64,000 bases of DNA, taken from an uncultured Bacilli bacterium (lineage in GTDB: Bacteria > Bacillota_I > Bacilli_A > RF39 > UBA660). This document shows positions 10,743 to 21,728 of the stretch, in pieces. The stretch's first letter is position 1, and each line of letters opens with the position of its first letter. The DNA is taken from NCBI GenBank assembly GCA_944363715.1, contig CALVUX010000008.1, positions 2,928-66,927 of the forward strand, written 5' to 3'. The translations under genes and the position numbers were made by a program. A model generated the notes under the pieces. The model had not been told where the DNA came from. It ran no database searches and was given only the letters and a program-made list of their open reading frames with translations.

Positions 10743-11819
10743 ATGGCACATTATAATTCTTATGAAAGTTTTAAAACTAAAAAGAGTATGGATAAAAAGA
10801 AAAGAGCAAAGGGAAAAACATTAGGAAAGAAAAATAATAAAACAGATGATTTTGTTATTAAAAGTAGTGATAAATATGGAATAGTAATTGAGGTTAGATA
10901 TAAAGATGCATATGTTTTATATGATGAAGAAGTAGTTTTAGCAAAGCTTAGAAATGATATAAATATGGTATGTAATCAAGTCATTTTTCCTGGTGATAAG
11001 GTTGTATTAAATAAAAATGGTAATACTTATTTTATAATTAATATGTTAGAAAGAACATCTTTATTGTCTCGAGTTAAAAAGGATAGTACAAGACTTGATG
11101 ATGTCGGTTTAATAAAAAATATAGCTGCTAATGTTGATATAGCAGTAATTGTTGTTGCAGCTAAGGAACCACCTCTTCATCCAAAATTTATAGATAGGTA
11201 TTTAATGATTTTACAAAATAGTAATATTAAAGCTTTAATTTGTTTAAATAAATGTGATTTTAAAACTAATAAAGAAGAAAAAATTCTAAATACTTATAGA
11301 GAACTTAATATTCCTGTTATTTATACTTCAACATATCAAAATATTGGTATTGATGATTTAAAAAAATATTTATTTGGTAAGCAAGCTATAATGGTTGGTA
11401 ATAGTGGTGTTGGGAAATCATCACTTACTAATGCAATTATGAATGATGATGAAATTAAAACTGGTCATATTAGTGGTAAAAGTAAACGTGGTCGTCATAC
11501 TACTACATCTTCTAAATATTATATATGGGAGGGAAACTCATCTATTATAGATACTCCAGGTATAAGAAGTCTTGATGTTTCGTCATTTAGTCCAATAGAA
11601 ATTCAAGATTATTTTCCTGAATTTAATAATTTTAAAGAGAAATGTAAGTATCGTGACTGTTTACATTATAATGAACCATATGATTCTTGCATTGTTAAAC
11701 AAGATGTTGCTAGTGGATTAATTAATATTAATAGGTATGAAAGTTATTTGAGAATTATGAGTGATGTTTTAAATGATAATAATTATGAAGATATTTTAGA
11801 TGATATTAAAAGCAGGTAG
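10743..11819 (+). CDS. rsgA: Ribosome small-subunit-dependent GTPase A
   Basis: Circularly permuted GTPase motifs, GNSGVGKSSLTNAI and DTPG, plus a C-terminal Zn finger CKYRDCLH...C. The N-terminal region is K-rich. Confidence 0.85.
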   Translation: MAHYNSYESFKTKKSMDKKKRAKGKTLGKKNNKTDDFVIKSSDKYGIVIEVRYKDAYVLYDEEVVLAKLRNDINMVCNQVIFPGDKVVLNKNGNTYFIINMLERTSLLSRVKKDSTRLDDVGLIKNIAANVDIAVIVVAAKEPPLHPKFIDRYLMILQNSNIKALICLNKCDFKTNKEEKILNTYRELNIPVIYTSTYQNIGIDDLKKYLFGKQAIMVGNSGVGKSSLTNAIMNDDEIKTGHISGKSKRGRHTTTSSKYYIWEGNSSIIDTPGIRSLDVSSFSPIEIQDYFPEFNNFKEKCKYRDCLHYNEPYDSCIVKQDVASGLININRYESYLRIMSDVLNDNNYEDILDDIKSR

Positions 11820-11952
11820 TAGTTCATAATAGACTTTTATTGATGATAGTGTGCTTATTTATAATAGTGATTCTAGTGAATTAGAAATATTTGGTAATGT
11901 TTTAACTTTTGCTCCTAAAGATAAATGATTATGTTTGATATATGGAGGTTAA

Positions 11953-12378
11953 TTGATGGAAAAAAGAGTTAGTGTTAGAGGTATTATTATTGATGGTGAT
12001 AAAGTATATGCTATATTTAGAAGAAGAGTTAATGATGATGGAATTTTTAAAGAATATTATGTTATACCTGGTGGAGGATTAGAAAAAGGGGAAACTTTAG
12101 AAGAAACATTAATACGAGAATTGAAGGAAGAACTATCGATAGATGTTGATATTATTGGTTATTTAGGATTTGATGAGGATGATACTTCTATTGCTCATTT
12201 TTTTAAATGTAAAATACTTAATGGTATTCCTATTCTTGGAGGAGAAGAATTAGAAAGATGTTCTAGTGATAATTATTATGAAATTAGAAAAGTAAATATT
12301 TGTGACTTATATAGTATTGATATACTGGCTAAAGATATGATAATGAAAGCTTATAATGATGAGTTTATAGAATTATAA
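11953..12378 (+). CDS. NUDIX hydrolase
   Basis: Nudix box GGGLEKGETLEETLIRELKEELSI. Confidence 0.75.
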   Translation: MMEKRVSVRGIIIDGDKVYAIFRRRVNDDGIFKEYYVIPGGGLEKGETLEETLIRELKEELSIDVDIIGYLGFDEDDTSIAHFFKCKILNGIPILGGEELERCSSDNYYEIRKVNICDLYSIDILAKDMIMKAYNDEFIEL

Positions 12379-12427
12379 TAGTAGCAAAAAAGGGCTTTTT
12401 ACATATTTTAATGTAGAGGTGAATATT

Positions 12428-14062
12428 ATGAATGAGCGAATAGTGACAGGTGTTGTTGTAGATGCTGGACATGGAGGTGCTGATCCTGGTGCTGTTTCTT
12501 CTGGTTTACAAGAGAAAGATTTTACATTAGATGCATCTTTATATATGTATGAAAGGTTACAACAGTTAGGGATACCTGCTGTTTTAACAAGAGATTCTGA
12601 TGAAAACTTAAGTAGAACGGAAAGACTTAGACGGGCTAATGAGGCTTTTGGAGGTAGTAGTAATGCTATACTTATATCTAATCATATAAATGCTGGAGGT
12701 GGAGAAGGAGCAGAGGTTATTTATGCTTTACGTAATAATTCTACTTTAGCCCAGTCTATCTTAGAAGAGATAGGTAGTGAAGGACAAATTATGCGTAAGT
12801 ATTATCAAAGAAGACTTCCTGAAGATCCATCTAAAGATTATTATTACATCATTAGAGAGACTGCTCCTATGCAATCTTTACTTGTTGAATATGGTTTTAT
12901 TGATAATGCTAATGATAGGGTTAAGTTGCAAAATGATTTATTAAATTATGTAGAAGCAGTTGTTAGAGCGATTGCAGGGTATGCTGGTGTTCCTTATACT
13001 CCTCCCGAAGGAAGTGGTACTAATTTTTATACTGTAGTTAAAGGTGATAGTCTATGGACTATAGCTCGTAAATTCGGTGTTACAGTACAACAGTTAAGAG
13101 ATGCTAATAATTTAACAAGTGATACTCTTACTGTTGGTCAACTTCTTAGAATTCCTACTAGTGGTGGTACTGATAATGGAACTGGAGGAAATGTTACTTA
13201 TACTGTGCAAAGAGGAGATAGTCTTTGGAGTATTGCAAGTCGTTATGGAATAAGTGTTAATGATTTAAGACGTGCAAATAATCTTACAAGTGATACTCTT
13301 AGTATAGGACAAGTTTTAATTATTCCTGGTGTTGGTAATGGTAATGATGATAATGATAATATAACAGGGCCTTCTACTACTTATACAGTACAAAGAGGAG
13401 ATAGTTTATGGAGTATTGCTAACCGTTTTGGAGTTACTGTACAACAATTAAGAGATGCTAATAACTTAACAAGTGATACTTTAAGTATAGGGCAAGTCTT
13501 AACTATACCTGGTGTTAGTGGAGAAGATGATGGTGAGAGTGATAATGATGGTGCAGTGTTCTATTACACAGTTGAACGAGGTGATAGTCTTTGGAGTATA
13601 GCTCGTAAATTTGGTATTACTGTACAAGAGATAAGAGATGCTAATGATTTAGTTAGTGATACTTTAAGTGTAGGACAATCTTTAATAATACCTGGTCTTA
13701 GTGCAGGCGATGATTTAGAAGATGATAATAATAATGAAACTAATCCTTCTACTTATACAGTTCAATCAGGTGACAGTTTATGGAGTATTGCTAATAAATT
13801 TGGTGTTACTGTCAATGATTTAAAGAATGCTAATGGATTAACATCTAATCTTCTTTCTATAGGACAAGTATTAATTATTCCTAGTTCTAGTACTAATAAT
13901 CCAACTAATCCTAGTTATACAACATACACAGTACAAAGAGGAGATAGTCTTTGGAGTATAGCTAATAACTTTGGTGTTACTGTTGATGCTATTAAGACGT
14001 TAAACAATTTGACATCTAATTTACTTTCTGTTGGTCAAGTATTACAAATACCTAATAATTGA
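12428..14062 (+). CDS. N-acetylmuramoyl-L-alanine amidase (Amidase_3) with six C-terminal LysM repeats
   Basis: VVVDAGHGGADPGAVS amidase_3 N-terminus. Six LysM units of the form YTVQRGDSLWSIA...VGQVL.IP. Confidence 0.85.
   Translation: MNERIVTGVVVDAGHGGADPGAVSSGLQEKDFTLDASLYMYERLQQLGIPAVLTRDSDENLSRTERLRRANEAFGGSSNAILISNHINAGGGEGAEVIYALRNNSTLAQSILEEIGSEGQIMRKYYQRRLPEDPSKDYYYIIRETAPMQSLLVEYGFIDNANDRVKLQNDLLNYVEAVVRAIAGYAGVPYTPPEGSGTNFYTVVKGDSLWTIARKFGVTVQQLRDANNLTSDTLTVGQLLRIPTSGGTDNGTGGNVTYTVQRGDSLWSIASRYGISVNDLRRANNLTSDTLSIGQVLIIPGVGNGNDDNDNITGPSTTYTVQRGDSLWSIANRFGVTVQQLRDANNLTSDTLSIGQVLTIPGVSGEDDGESDNDGAVFYYTVERGDSLWSIARKFGITVQEIRDANDLVSDTLSVGQSLIIPGLSAGDDLEDDNNNETNPSTYTVQSGDSLWSIANKFGVTVNDLKNANGLTSNLLSIGQVLIIPSSSTNNPTNPSYTTYTVQRGDSLWSIANNFGVTVDAIKTLNNLTSNLLSVGQVLQIPNN
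13020..14050 (+). repeat. Intragenic tandem LysM-encoding DNA repeats (~6 units)
   Basis: Repeated nucleotide blocks, e.g. caaagaggagatagtctttggagtat... . Local GC is higher than the surroundings. Confidence 0.7.
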
Positions 14063-14159
14063 TGTAAAAATCAGTAAAAACCATTGATTTAGAAAGGCTT
14101 TCATGCTATCCTTAATATGTAAGCAAGATAAATGCTTAATTATATAGGAGGTTTTATAA

Positions 14160-14432
14160 ATGAAAAAAGTAGAATTAGTAGAAGCTGTTGCAGAAAAAGC
14201 TGGATTAACTAAAGCTGATGCAACTCGTGCTATTGATGCATTTTGCGAAACTGTTACTGAAACATTAGCTAAAGGAGATAAAATCCCACTAGTTGGATTT
14301 GGTACATTTAGTGTTTCTAAAAGAGCTGCTCGTGAAGGACGTAATCCTAGAACTGGTGCAACTGTTCAAATCGCAGCAAGAAACGCTGTTTCATTTAAAG
14401 CAGGATCTGCTCTTAAAGATGCAGTAAACTAA
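14160..14432 (+). CDS. hup: DNA-binding protein HU
   Basis: Full-length match to the HU family (GFGTFSVSKRAAREGRNPRTG). A strong terminator follows. Confidence 0.9.
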   Translation: MKKVELVEAVAEKAGLTKADATRAIDAFCETVTETLAKGDKIPLVGFGTFSVSKRAAREGRNPRTGATVQIAARNAVSFKAGSALKDAVN

Positions 14433-14435
14433 AAT

Positions 14436-14457
14436 AAGCCAGCGATGGCTTTTTTTC
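14436..14457 (+). terminator. Rho-independent terminator of hup
   Basis: aagcca / tggctt stem followed by T7. Confidence 0.7.
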
Positions 14458-14460
14458 TTT

Positions 14461-14712
14461 ATGTTAATTTATTTAATTATAATTAATACTCTTACCTTTA
14501 TTATTTATGGAGTAGATAAATTCCTTGCTGTTAAACACTATTATAGGATTAGTGAAAAACTACTATATCTGTTTGGTGTTATTGGAGGAGCGTTAGGAGC
14601 ACTTTTTGGAATGTTTTGTTTTAGACATAAGACCTTAAAATTAAGATTTTATCTTGTTAATAGTATATCTTTGATACTATGGATTATAATATTATTTATA
14701 GATTCTATATAG
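14461..14712 (+). CDS. DUF1294 small membrane protein
   Basis: YGVDKFLAVKHYYRISEKLL motif and two TM helices. Confidence 0.5.
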   Translation: MLIYLIIINTLTFIIYGVDKFLAVKHYYRISEKLLYLFGVIGGALGALFGMFCFRHKTLKLRFYLVNSISLILWIIILFIDSI

Positions 14713-14799
14713 TAAATGAACTTTATGGAGTAATATCATTTACTTTAAAAAAGATTGATTAAATGGTACAATATATGTAGAAAAGGTTGGGATAAAACA

Positions 14800-15939
14800 A
14801 TGTTAGAAACTGCTTTAAAAGTTTTAAATATAATAGAAGATAATTCTTATGAAGCATATATTGTAGGGGGATTTGTTCGGGATTATGTAATGGGTATTAA
14901 ATCTAATGATGTTGATATTACTACTAATGCTAGGCCTAAAGATTTAATTAAAATATTTCCTAATGCTAATATAGATAATGAGGTTTATGGTAGTGTTACT
15001 GTTTATTTAAATAATATTAGATTTGAAATAACTACTTATAGAGACGATGGTAATTATTTAGATAATAGGCATCCTGATACTATTAACTATGTTAATGATT
15101 TAAAGACTGATTTAAAAAGAAGAGATTTTACTATAAATACTATTTGTATGGGTAAAGCTGGTAATATAGTTGATTTACTTAGTTGTAGAAGTGATATAGA
15201 TAATAAAATAATTAAGACTGTTATTAATCCATTAGAGTCTTTTAAAATAGATTGTCTTAGAATATTAAGAGCGATTAGATTTGCAACTACACTTGATTTT
15301 GAACTTGCTAAAGAGGTAAAAGAAGCGATTATACAGTCTAGATATTTACTTAAGGATTTATCTATTAATAGAAAAAAAGAAGAGTTAGATAAGATATTTA
15401 GTAGTCCTAATATAGAAAAGGGAATTATGTTAATAAAAGAGTTAGGATTAATAGATGTGTTATTTTTAGAAAATATTAATAAAGTAATACCATGTAGTCA
15501 AGTAATTGGTATATGGACTATGTTAGAAGTAGATGATATTTATCCTTTTACTAGAAATGAGTTAAATTTAATGAAAGATATAAGAAATGCTATTAAAAAT
15601 AATCCTTTAGCATATACTACTCTTTATTACTATGATTTATATCCATGTATAGTAGCAGGAGAGATTATAGGTATTTCTAAAAAAGAGATTATGGATAACT
15701 ATAATTCTATGCCTATTCATAAGAGAGGTGATATAGTAGTTGATAGTTATGATTTAATTGATTACTTAAATATAGAAGATGGTCCTATTATGAGTAAATT
15801 ATGGAAGGAGTTAGAACTTAATATATTAAATTTAGAAGTCAGTAATACTAAAGAAGACCTTTTAAATCTTGCTAAAAAGATATATACTAGTATTAATTTA
15901 GTTAAGGAGGAGTGTAATGAAACAGAAACAACTGGTTAG
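14800..15939 (+). CDS. cca: CCA tRNA nucleotidyltransferase
   Basis: GGFVRDYVMG...NDVDITT and RRDFTINT motifs. The alternative upstream start is at 14755. Confidence 0.8.
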   Translation: MLETALKVLNIIEDNSYEAYIVGGFVRDYVMGIKSNDVDITTNARPKDLIKIFPNANIDNEVYGSVTVYLNNIRFEITTYRDDGNYLDNRHPDTINYVNDLKTDLKRRDFTINTICMGKAGNIVDLLSCRSDIDNKIIKTVINPLESFKIDCLRILRAIRFATTLDFELAKEVKEAIIQSRYLLKDLSINRKKEELDKIFSSPNIEKGIMLIKELGLIDVLFLENINKVIPCSQVIGIWTMLEVDDIYPFTRNELNLMKDIRNAIKNNPLAYTTLYYYDLYPCIVAGEIIGISKKEIMDNYNSMPIHKRGDIVVDSYDLIDYLNIEDGPIMSKLWKELELNILNLEVSNTKEDLLNLAKKIYTSINLVKEECNETETTG

Positions 15940-16579
15940 GTTATTAGAAAATAAAAGTATAGTAGTACCTCTTCTTTTTTTTAAAGAGTATAAGAAGTTA
16001 AATATAAGTTTAGAAGAGTTTATGTTTTTAATGTATTTAAAAGATAAGGGGAATACTTTTACCTTTGATCCTAAGGAAATGAGTGAAGAGTTAGGTCTTA
16101 GTGTTAAAGATATATTAGTGTTAATTTCTTCTCTTACTGATAAGAAATTACTTATGATAGATACATATAAAAACGATAAAGGAATAGGGGAGGAGAAGGT
16201 AGATATATCTTTATTCTATGAAAAAATAGCTTCTATTATTAGTGATGAGGTTATTAAAGATAATGAAGATGTGCTTGATACTAGTATCTTTTCTACTATT
16301 GAAAAAGAGTTTGGTAGGACTCTTAATTCTAGTGAGATAGAGTTTATTAAAGCTTGGGCTAGTACATTTGATAATGGTGTTATTATTGAGGCTGTTAAGG
16401 AAGCAGTACTTAATGGGGTATCTAGTATTAGATATATAGATAAGATTTTATATGAATGGGATAAGAAGGGAATAAAGACTAGTGAAGATGTTAGACATTT
16501 TCTTAATAGTAAAAATAAAGAGAATAAAGAACCTGTAGAGGTTTTTGATTATGATTGGTTTGATGATGAAGATGAGTAA
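15917..16579 (+). CDS. dnaD: DnaD-domain replication initiation/membrane attachment protein
   Basis: C-terminal DnaD-like domain (FIKAWASTFDNGVIIEAVKEAV...YIDKILYEW). Conserved dnaD-nth adjacency. Confidence 0.7.
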   Translation: MKQKQLVRLLENKSIVVPLLFFKEYKKLNISLEEFMFLMYLKDKGNTFTFDPKEMSEELGLSVKDILVLISSLTDKKLLMIDTYKNDKGIGEEKVDISLFYEKIASIISDEVIKDNEDVLDTSIFSTIEKEFGRTLNSSEIEFIKAWASTFDNGVIIEAVKEAVLNGVSSIRYIDKILYEWDKKGIKTSEDVRHFLNSKNKENKEPVEVFDYDWFDDEDE

Positions 16580-17198
16580 AGTAGAAGTTATAGAAGACTA
16601 TTTAGATGAGTTATTTAAAGAACCTAAATGTGAACTTAATTATAATAATGATTATGAACTTTTAATTGCTATTGTCCTTAGTGCTCAGACTACTGATAAA
16701 AGGGTTAATAGTGTTACTCCTATGTTATTTGGTAAGTATGATAGTATAGAGAAGTTAATGAATGCAGATATTAAAGATATAGAAGATATTTTAAGACCTC
16801 TTGGCTCTTTTAGAAAAAAGGCTCTTTATGTTAAAGAGATTGCAAGAATATTATTCTTAGATTATGGTGGTAAAGTTCCTATTAAAAGGAAAGAATTAGA
16901 GGCAATGCCTGGAGTTGGAAGAAAGACTGTTAATGTGTTTTTAGGTGAGTTTTATAATATTCCTACTATTGCTGTTGATACTCATGTAGAAAGAGTTTCT
17001 AAGAGGCTTGGGCTTGCTAAAGATGAGGATAGTGTTAGGGAAGTAGAAGAGAAGTTAAAAAGAAAGTTTAAAAGAGAGAATTGGGCTAAAAGACATTTAC
17101 AACTTGTTTTATTTGGTAGATATCATTGTAAAGCGATTAGTCCTAATTGTGATGGGTGTAAGTTAAATAGTATTTGTAAGTATAAGAAAAGAAGCTAG
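16563..17198 (+). CDS. nth: Endonuclease III
   Basis: HhH-GPD motif LPGVGRKTVNVFL and the 4Fe-4S cluster C-x6-C-x2-C-x5-C. Confidence 0.9.
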   Translation: MMKMSKVEVIEDYLDELFKEPKCELNYNNDYELLIAIVLSAQTTDKRVNSVTPMLFGKYDSIEKLMNADIKDIEDILRPLGSFRKKALYVKEIARILFLDYGGKVPIKRKELEAMPGVGRKTVNVFLGEFYNIPTIAVDTHVERVSKRLGLAKDEDSVREVEEKLKRKFKRENWAKRHLQLVLFGRYHCKAISPNCDGCKLNSICKYKKRS

Positions 17199-17216
17199 GA
17201 TTTAGCTTCTTTTTAG
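17185..17216. terminator. Bidirectional terminator between convergent nth and ponA
   Basis: agaagcta / tagcttct stem flanked by an A-run and a T-run. Confidence 0.6.
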
Positions 17217-17218
17217 GT

Positions 17219-20089
17219 TTATGGAGTAGGTGTAGTTTCGTTACCACTATCTCCTCCATCTCCATCACCACCTGTATTAGTTCCAGTGACAGTTACGGTA
17301 ATACTACCTGTTTCTTTTGTTTCTCCATCATAGGTAAATCGATATCGTAAGGTGTAAGTTCCTGCTTCTGTTAGAGTGGAGACCGATGTACTAGTAACTG
17401 GTCCTGATATACTTGATAAGGTCCAATTGCTAGTTTTACTTGTTACATCTGTTGAACCACTATAGACGGTTACATAATTTGTTATATCACTTATATTAAA
17501 TGTTGGTACATTAATAGTACTTGCTGTTATTCTTAGATTAGCACTTTGTTTTTCTAATGTGTAAGTAGCAGTTTCACTATTTAAGCCATCATATTTTTTA
17601 AATGTAGCAACAACTTTATAAGTACCATAAGGATTACTTGGATTATTTATCGTATAACTTGTATTAGTTGTGAATCCTAATAAGGTATTGTTAAAATATA
17701 CATTATATCCAAATTCTCCATATGATGAATCTGTATTACCTGGATTAACTGCATTCCATGAAAGTTTAACATTACCATTAGAATATGTAGCGGTTAAGCC
17801 GGTTGGTGTTGCTAAATTACTTGTTTCAGCATTACCTGTTGGTTCATGATCTTTTTTGAAGTATTCGTAAAGTATACTTCCTGAGTATCCTGTTCCAGCA
17901 ACTCTTGCAGTTGAACTTCCAGATACTAATGGTACTCTAACAACACTCTCTGGCATTTTAAATTCTTCTTTATTATCTTCAAAAACTTCATTAGCAATGG
18001 CTGTAAATAATCTATCACGTTGTACTGTTCCAGCTAGGTTGTGACAGTAGTAACCTTGAGCAACAGATTCAGCATTGGTATCTTTATATCCATACCACAT
18101 AGCTATTGTTGTTTTTGTTGTATATCCTACAACCCAAGAGTCTCTAATTGCATCATCAGCCATACCTAATTTTTTACGGTAATTTTCATCAAAGTTAGTA
18201 GTACCAGTTTTCATAGCAACATTATCCATAGCACCACCACCAGTTATACTAGTGTCATCTAACATACTTGTAATCATGTATGCAGTTGAATCTTCCATAG
18301 CTTTAGTTTTTTCACTTTCATGGGTATATTCTTCACCTGTATTAGTAATAATTATTTTATTAACGGAGTATGGTTCATTGTAATATCCTCCATTAGAGAA
18401 AGCAGAGTATGCAGCAGCCATTTGTAAAGGATTTACACCGTCGAATGCTCCTAAAGCATGAGCTTCATGTATTTTTCCGTTATTTATTTCTGGTTCTATA
18501 CCTATTTTTTGAACGAACTCTAATATTTTAGAATTATCTACTTGTTGGAATGCCTTTAATGCTGGAATATTTCTTGATAATGATAATGCTCTTCTTGTTG
18601 TCATATTACCCATAAATTTACCATCCCAGTTATTTATTTCTTGACCTGTGCTATATGAGTAAGGTTCATCTACAAACATTTTGTAATTATCATTACCATC
18701 ATTATATCCAAATGTAGAAGCATTATTATATTCAATTAGTGGTCCATAATCAAATAATGGTTTAGCGGTTGAACCAGGTTGTCTTACCATATCTGTAGCA
18801 TAGTTGAATTGATTAACTCCAGTTTTATTTCTACCTGCACCAATTGCTAGTATTTTTCCTGTTTCACTATCTAGGACAGCTACTCCGCTTTGAATTACAT
18901 CATTAATCCAACTGTAACTTTCTCCATTCATTACTCTATTTAGTCCATCTTGTTTTTCAGTATCTAGATTAGTATATATTTTCATTGGTGTTGTATATGG
19001 GTTTTTTCCTACTTTTTCTTGTACTTCTGCAACAACTGTATCAATATATCCTTGATATTCACTATTTCCACTTGTATCAGCAGAAGCATTGTAATTAACA
19101 AGGCTTTCAATACTGATTGAACTAGCTAGTTCTTTTTCCTCTTCTGTAATATAACCATGACGTTCCATTAGATATAAAACAGTATCACGTCTTTTAGTAA
19201 CAGCTTCTAAGTTTTCTTCTTCTACTGGTCGATAGGCATTAGGTGCTTGGAACATTCCTGCTATGATACTAGCTTCTGCTAAGTTTAAATCTTCTACATC
19301 TTTGTTAAAGTAAACTCTAGCAGCTTGACTAACACCATAGACATTACCACCTAAGTTATGGTTATTAACATAAAACTCTATAATTTGTTCTTTTGTATAA
19401 TTTTTTTCTAGTTTAAATATTGATAAATAAATGTCTTGGAACTTTCTAATAACTCCATCAAGTCCAGTAGCGATACTAGATGTTAAACTATTCTTAACAA
19501 CTTGCATTGATAGAGTAGAAGCTCCACCAGCATCTGAGTTACCAAATACTTGACCAATTGAGGCTCTTAAAAATCTTGGAGCATCAAAACCATTATGTTG
19601 GAAGAATCTTGAATCTTCTGTAGCGATTATAGCATCTACAAGTACTTCTGGTAATTCATCATAAGTTACTTTATCACGCATTTCACTACCTAGTTTAGCG
19701 AATTCTTCACCATTTGCATCATATAAAACAGTTGGTTCACTACTATCTAGCTTTTCGGCATCAAATTTAGGATTAGATGATATTGCTATATAAATCATAA
19801 AGACAATACCTGCTAGCATTACTAATATACCAAGTGATAGTATAATAATTAAAATTGTATTGACTACCTTTTTCTGTTTTGGTTTATTTTTTACACTATC
19901 TACTAATTTAGCAATTCCTGCAATTATTAGGATACCTACTCCCATAAAGACTGTGAATAATAATCCTAGGACAAAATATCCTATAATCATTAAAATAATA
20001 AATAAGCCTGCAAAGATCATAAATAACTTTTTATCTTGTTTGCTTCTTTTTGTCTTTGCTCTAGTTTTTTTAGATTTAGTTTTTGCCAT
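17219..20089 (-). CDS. ponA: Class A penicillin-binding protein 1A (transglycosylase/transpeptidase) with a C-terminal Ig/FN3-like T/S-rich region
   Basis: GT51 motif EDSRFFQHNGFD, transpeptidase S-x-x-K region, N-terminal TM helix. The recU-ponA arrangement is conserved. Confidence 0.9.
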   Translation of the reverse strand: MAKTKSKKTRAKTKRSKQDKKLFMIFAGLFIILMIIGYFVLGLLFTVFMGVGILIIAGIAKLVDSVKNKPKQKKVVNTILIIILSLGILVMLAGIVFMIYIAISSNPKFDAEKLDSSEPTVLYDANGEEFAKLGSEMRDKVTYDELPEVLVDAIIATEDSRFFQHNGFDAPRFLRASIGQVFGNSDAGGASTLSMQVVKNSLTSSIATGLDGVIRKFQDIYLSIFKLEKNYTKEQIIEFYVNNHNLGGNVYGVSQAARVYFNKDVEDLNLAEASIIAGMFQAPNAYRPVEEENLEAVTKRRDTVLYLMERHGYITEEEKELASSISIESLVNYNASADTSGNSEYQGYIDTVVAEVQEKVGKNPYTTPMKIYTNLDTEKQDGLNRVMNGESYSWINDVIQSGVAVLDSETGKILAIGAGRNKTGVNQFNYATDMVRQPGSTAKPLFDYGPLIEYNNASTFGYNDGNDNYKMFVDEPYSYSTGQEINNWDGKFMGNMTTRRALSLSRNIPALKAFQQVDNSKILEFVQKIGIEPEINNGKIHEAHALGAFDGVNPLQMAAAYSAFSNGGYYNEPYSVNKIIITNTGEEYTHESEKTKAMEDSTAYMITSMLDDTSITGGGAMDNVAMKTGTTNFDENYRKKLGMADDAIRDSWVVGYTTKTTIAMWYGYKDTNAESVAQGYYCHNLAGTVQRDRLFTAIANEVFEDNKEEFKMPESVVRVPLVSGSSTARVAGTGYSGSILYEYFKKDHEPTGNAETSNLATPTGLTATYSNGNVKLSWNAVNPGNTDSSYGEFGYNVYFNNTLLGFTTNTSYTINNPSNPYGTYKVVATFKKYDGLNSETATYTLEKQSANLRITASTINVPTFNISDITNYVTVYSGSTDVTSKTSNWTLSSISGPVTSTSVSTLTEAGTYTLRYRFTYDGETKETGSITVTVTGTNTGGDGDGGDSGNETTPTP

Positions 20090-20666
20090 TATCTTTTACC
20101 TCCAAAAATTCATCTACTACGGTTAAGTAGTCAAGCCTAGGACGATACTTTTCTTTTAATAAATATCCTTTCTTATTAAAGAAATCTAAAGGAATAGATT
20201 TTCTTTCATTAGTTTTAGTAAAAGAAAAAAGGTCCTCTGCTTTTAATAGATATGTTTTATTAAGTACACTAAAACGTACAATTATAAAGCCGATTCCCCC
20301 ATGATTTGTAATATTTTCTAAGTGTTTTATTTGGTGTTTATGAATATTAGCTAGTGGGAATGAAGTTTTATTTTTAGTTTCTTTAGCTTCAAAGTCAATA
20401 TAATAACCTTTATAGATACCATTATAGTCTGTTGTTGATGGTTCCATATAGAAAGCTTCTTTAATAGTAGAAGTTCTATCTTTTCTAAAATCAACTTTAG
20501 TGACTTTAATTGGTGTTGGTTTTTTATATATATATGCAATATCTTTATCTCTATAATAACTATTTGTTTCGTTTATATCATCCTCAAGTGTCATACCACG
20601 ATGTGAATAGTTAATTACTTGTTCATGACTTTTTTTTATCCCAGTAGGATAATTCATCTTTATCAC
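20076..20666 (-). CDS. recU: Holliday junction resolvase RecU
   Basis: RecU family length and motifs. It overlaps the ponA start, as in the Bacillus recU-ponA operon. Confidence 0.8.
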   Translation of the reverse strand: MIKMNYPTGIKKSHEQVINYSHRGMTLEDDINETNSYYRDKDIAYIYKKPTPIKVTKVDFRKDRTSTIKEAFYMEPSTTDYNGIYKGYYIDFEAKETKNKTSFPLANIHKHQIKHLENITNHGGIGFIIVRFSVLNKTYLLKAEDLFSFTKTNERKSIPLDFFNKKGYLLKEKYRPRLDYLTVVDEFLEVKDNGKN

Positions 20667-20707
20667 CTATAAACAATTATACTATATCTTTTTAGAAATA
20701 TCTATAA

Positions 20708-21499
20708 TTATTGATTATTTTTCTTTTTAGTGAATTGATATATTTTAGTATCATCTATAGCAGCCTTTTCATAAGGTTTTGTTGTGCTTGTTTTTCTTTT
20801 TATTTCGTATAGTTTTACATTGTCATTAGCTTTTTCATTAATACATGTACTTAAGAATGGAATTCTCTTTGCTATAAAAGATGTTATGCTTATATATGAG
20901 TTTTCTAGTATTACAAATTCTTGTTTGCAAGCATCTTGATATTCTTTACTGTAATCAAGTAATGCTGGTTTATTATCTTTACCTTTAAAGTAAAAGAATT
21001 CTTCAATTATCTTATCATTTTTATTAGATTGTTTTTCTATAAATTTATTATCTTTATTGTTTTTATTATATTCAAATTCTTTAGGTGGTAATGTTTCTTT
21101 TGTTATATGGATACAGTCATCTTTGATGTGATATATGTGTTTTATGTTTTTATTATCAACAAGTTTTACTATAAATTCATTATTGTTATTTTCATCGATA
21201 TTATGTCTCATTATAAAAGTGTATTCATTTTTTTCAACATCACCAATTAATAGGTGGTCTAAGTAAAGTTTATCATTATTATCTCTATTAAGGGAAAAAG
21301 CCCAGTTTTTACCTTTGAAACGAATACGTTTTTCATTATTAATATCTTTAAAGACTCCCATTCTTTCAATTGTGTTGTTTTTAATATTTAATAGTCTAAA
21401 CCATCCTTTTTCTGCTAATGGTCTATAACCTTTTATTTCAAAAAAACTTATTAGTTCTTCACTTTCTAAAAATTCTTTAATATTTTCCATTAAATCCAT
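20708..21499 (-). CDS. Hypothetical protein (263 aa)
   Basis: ORF only. Confidence 0.45.
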   Translation of the reverse strand: MDLMENIKEFLESEELISFFEIKGYRPLAEKGWFRLLNIKNNTIERMGVFKDINNEKRIRFKGKNWAFSLNRDNNDKLYLDHLLIGDVEKNEYTFIMRHNIDENNNNEFIVKLVDNKNIKHIYHIKDDCIHITKETLPPKEFEYNKNNKDNKFIEKQSNKNDKIIEEFFYFKGKDNKPALLDYSKEYQDACKQEFVILENSYISITSFIAKRIPFLSTCINEKANDNVKLYEIKRKTSTTKPYEKAAIDDTKIYQFTKKKNNQ

Positions 21500-21728
21500 A
21501 ATGTGTTCCTCCTCAAAATTAGATATTATTATACTACAATATATTATATTGTCAAAGAAAAACTTGTTTTGTCGAATTTGTTGTTATTTTTTCTTTTTTT
21601 AATTACTATGTAAATAAGGATGGTGATTCTTATGAATAATAATGATGTAATACTTATATTATCTGGTCTTAGTAATAAAATAAGGGAGGCTTTAATGATA
21701 AGAGATGCAGAAGTTCTTCTAGAAAAGA

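Noticed and set aside
19860-20126. Plus-strand ORF inside ponA, and the similar antisense ORFs 10138..10326, 20351..20539, 24705..24980, 26316..26600, 29548..29733, 31543..31927, 37708..38007, 39150..39395, 48016..48204, 51581..51772, 54703..54960, 55180..55383, 56655..56861, 61604..61786
   Set aside because: All are antisense to, or nested within, strongly supported genes (ponA, recA region, rny, rnjA, zupT, htrA, nrdD, ileS and others). No motifs were found in any of them.
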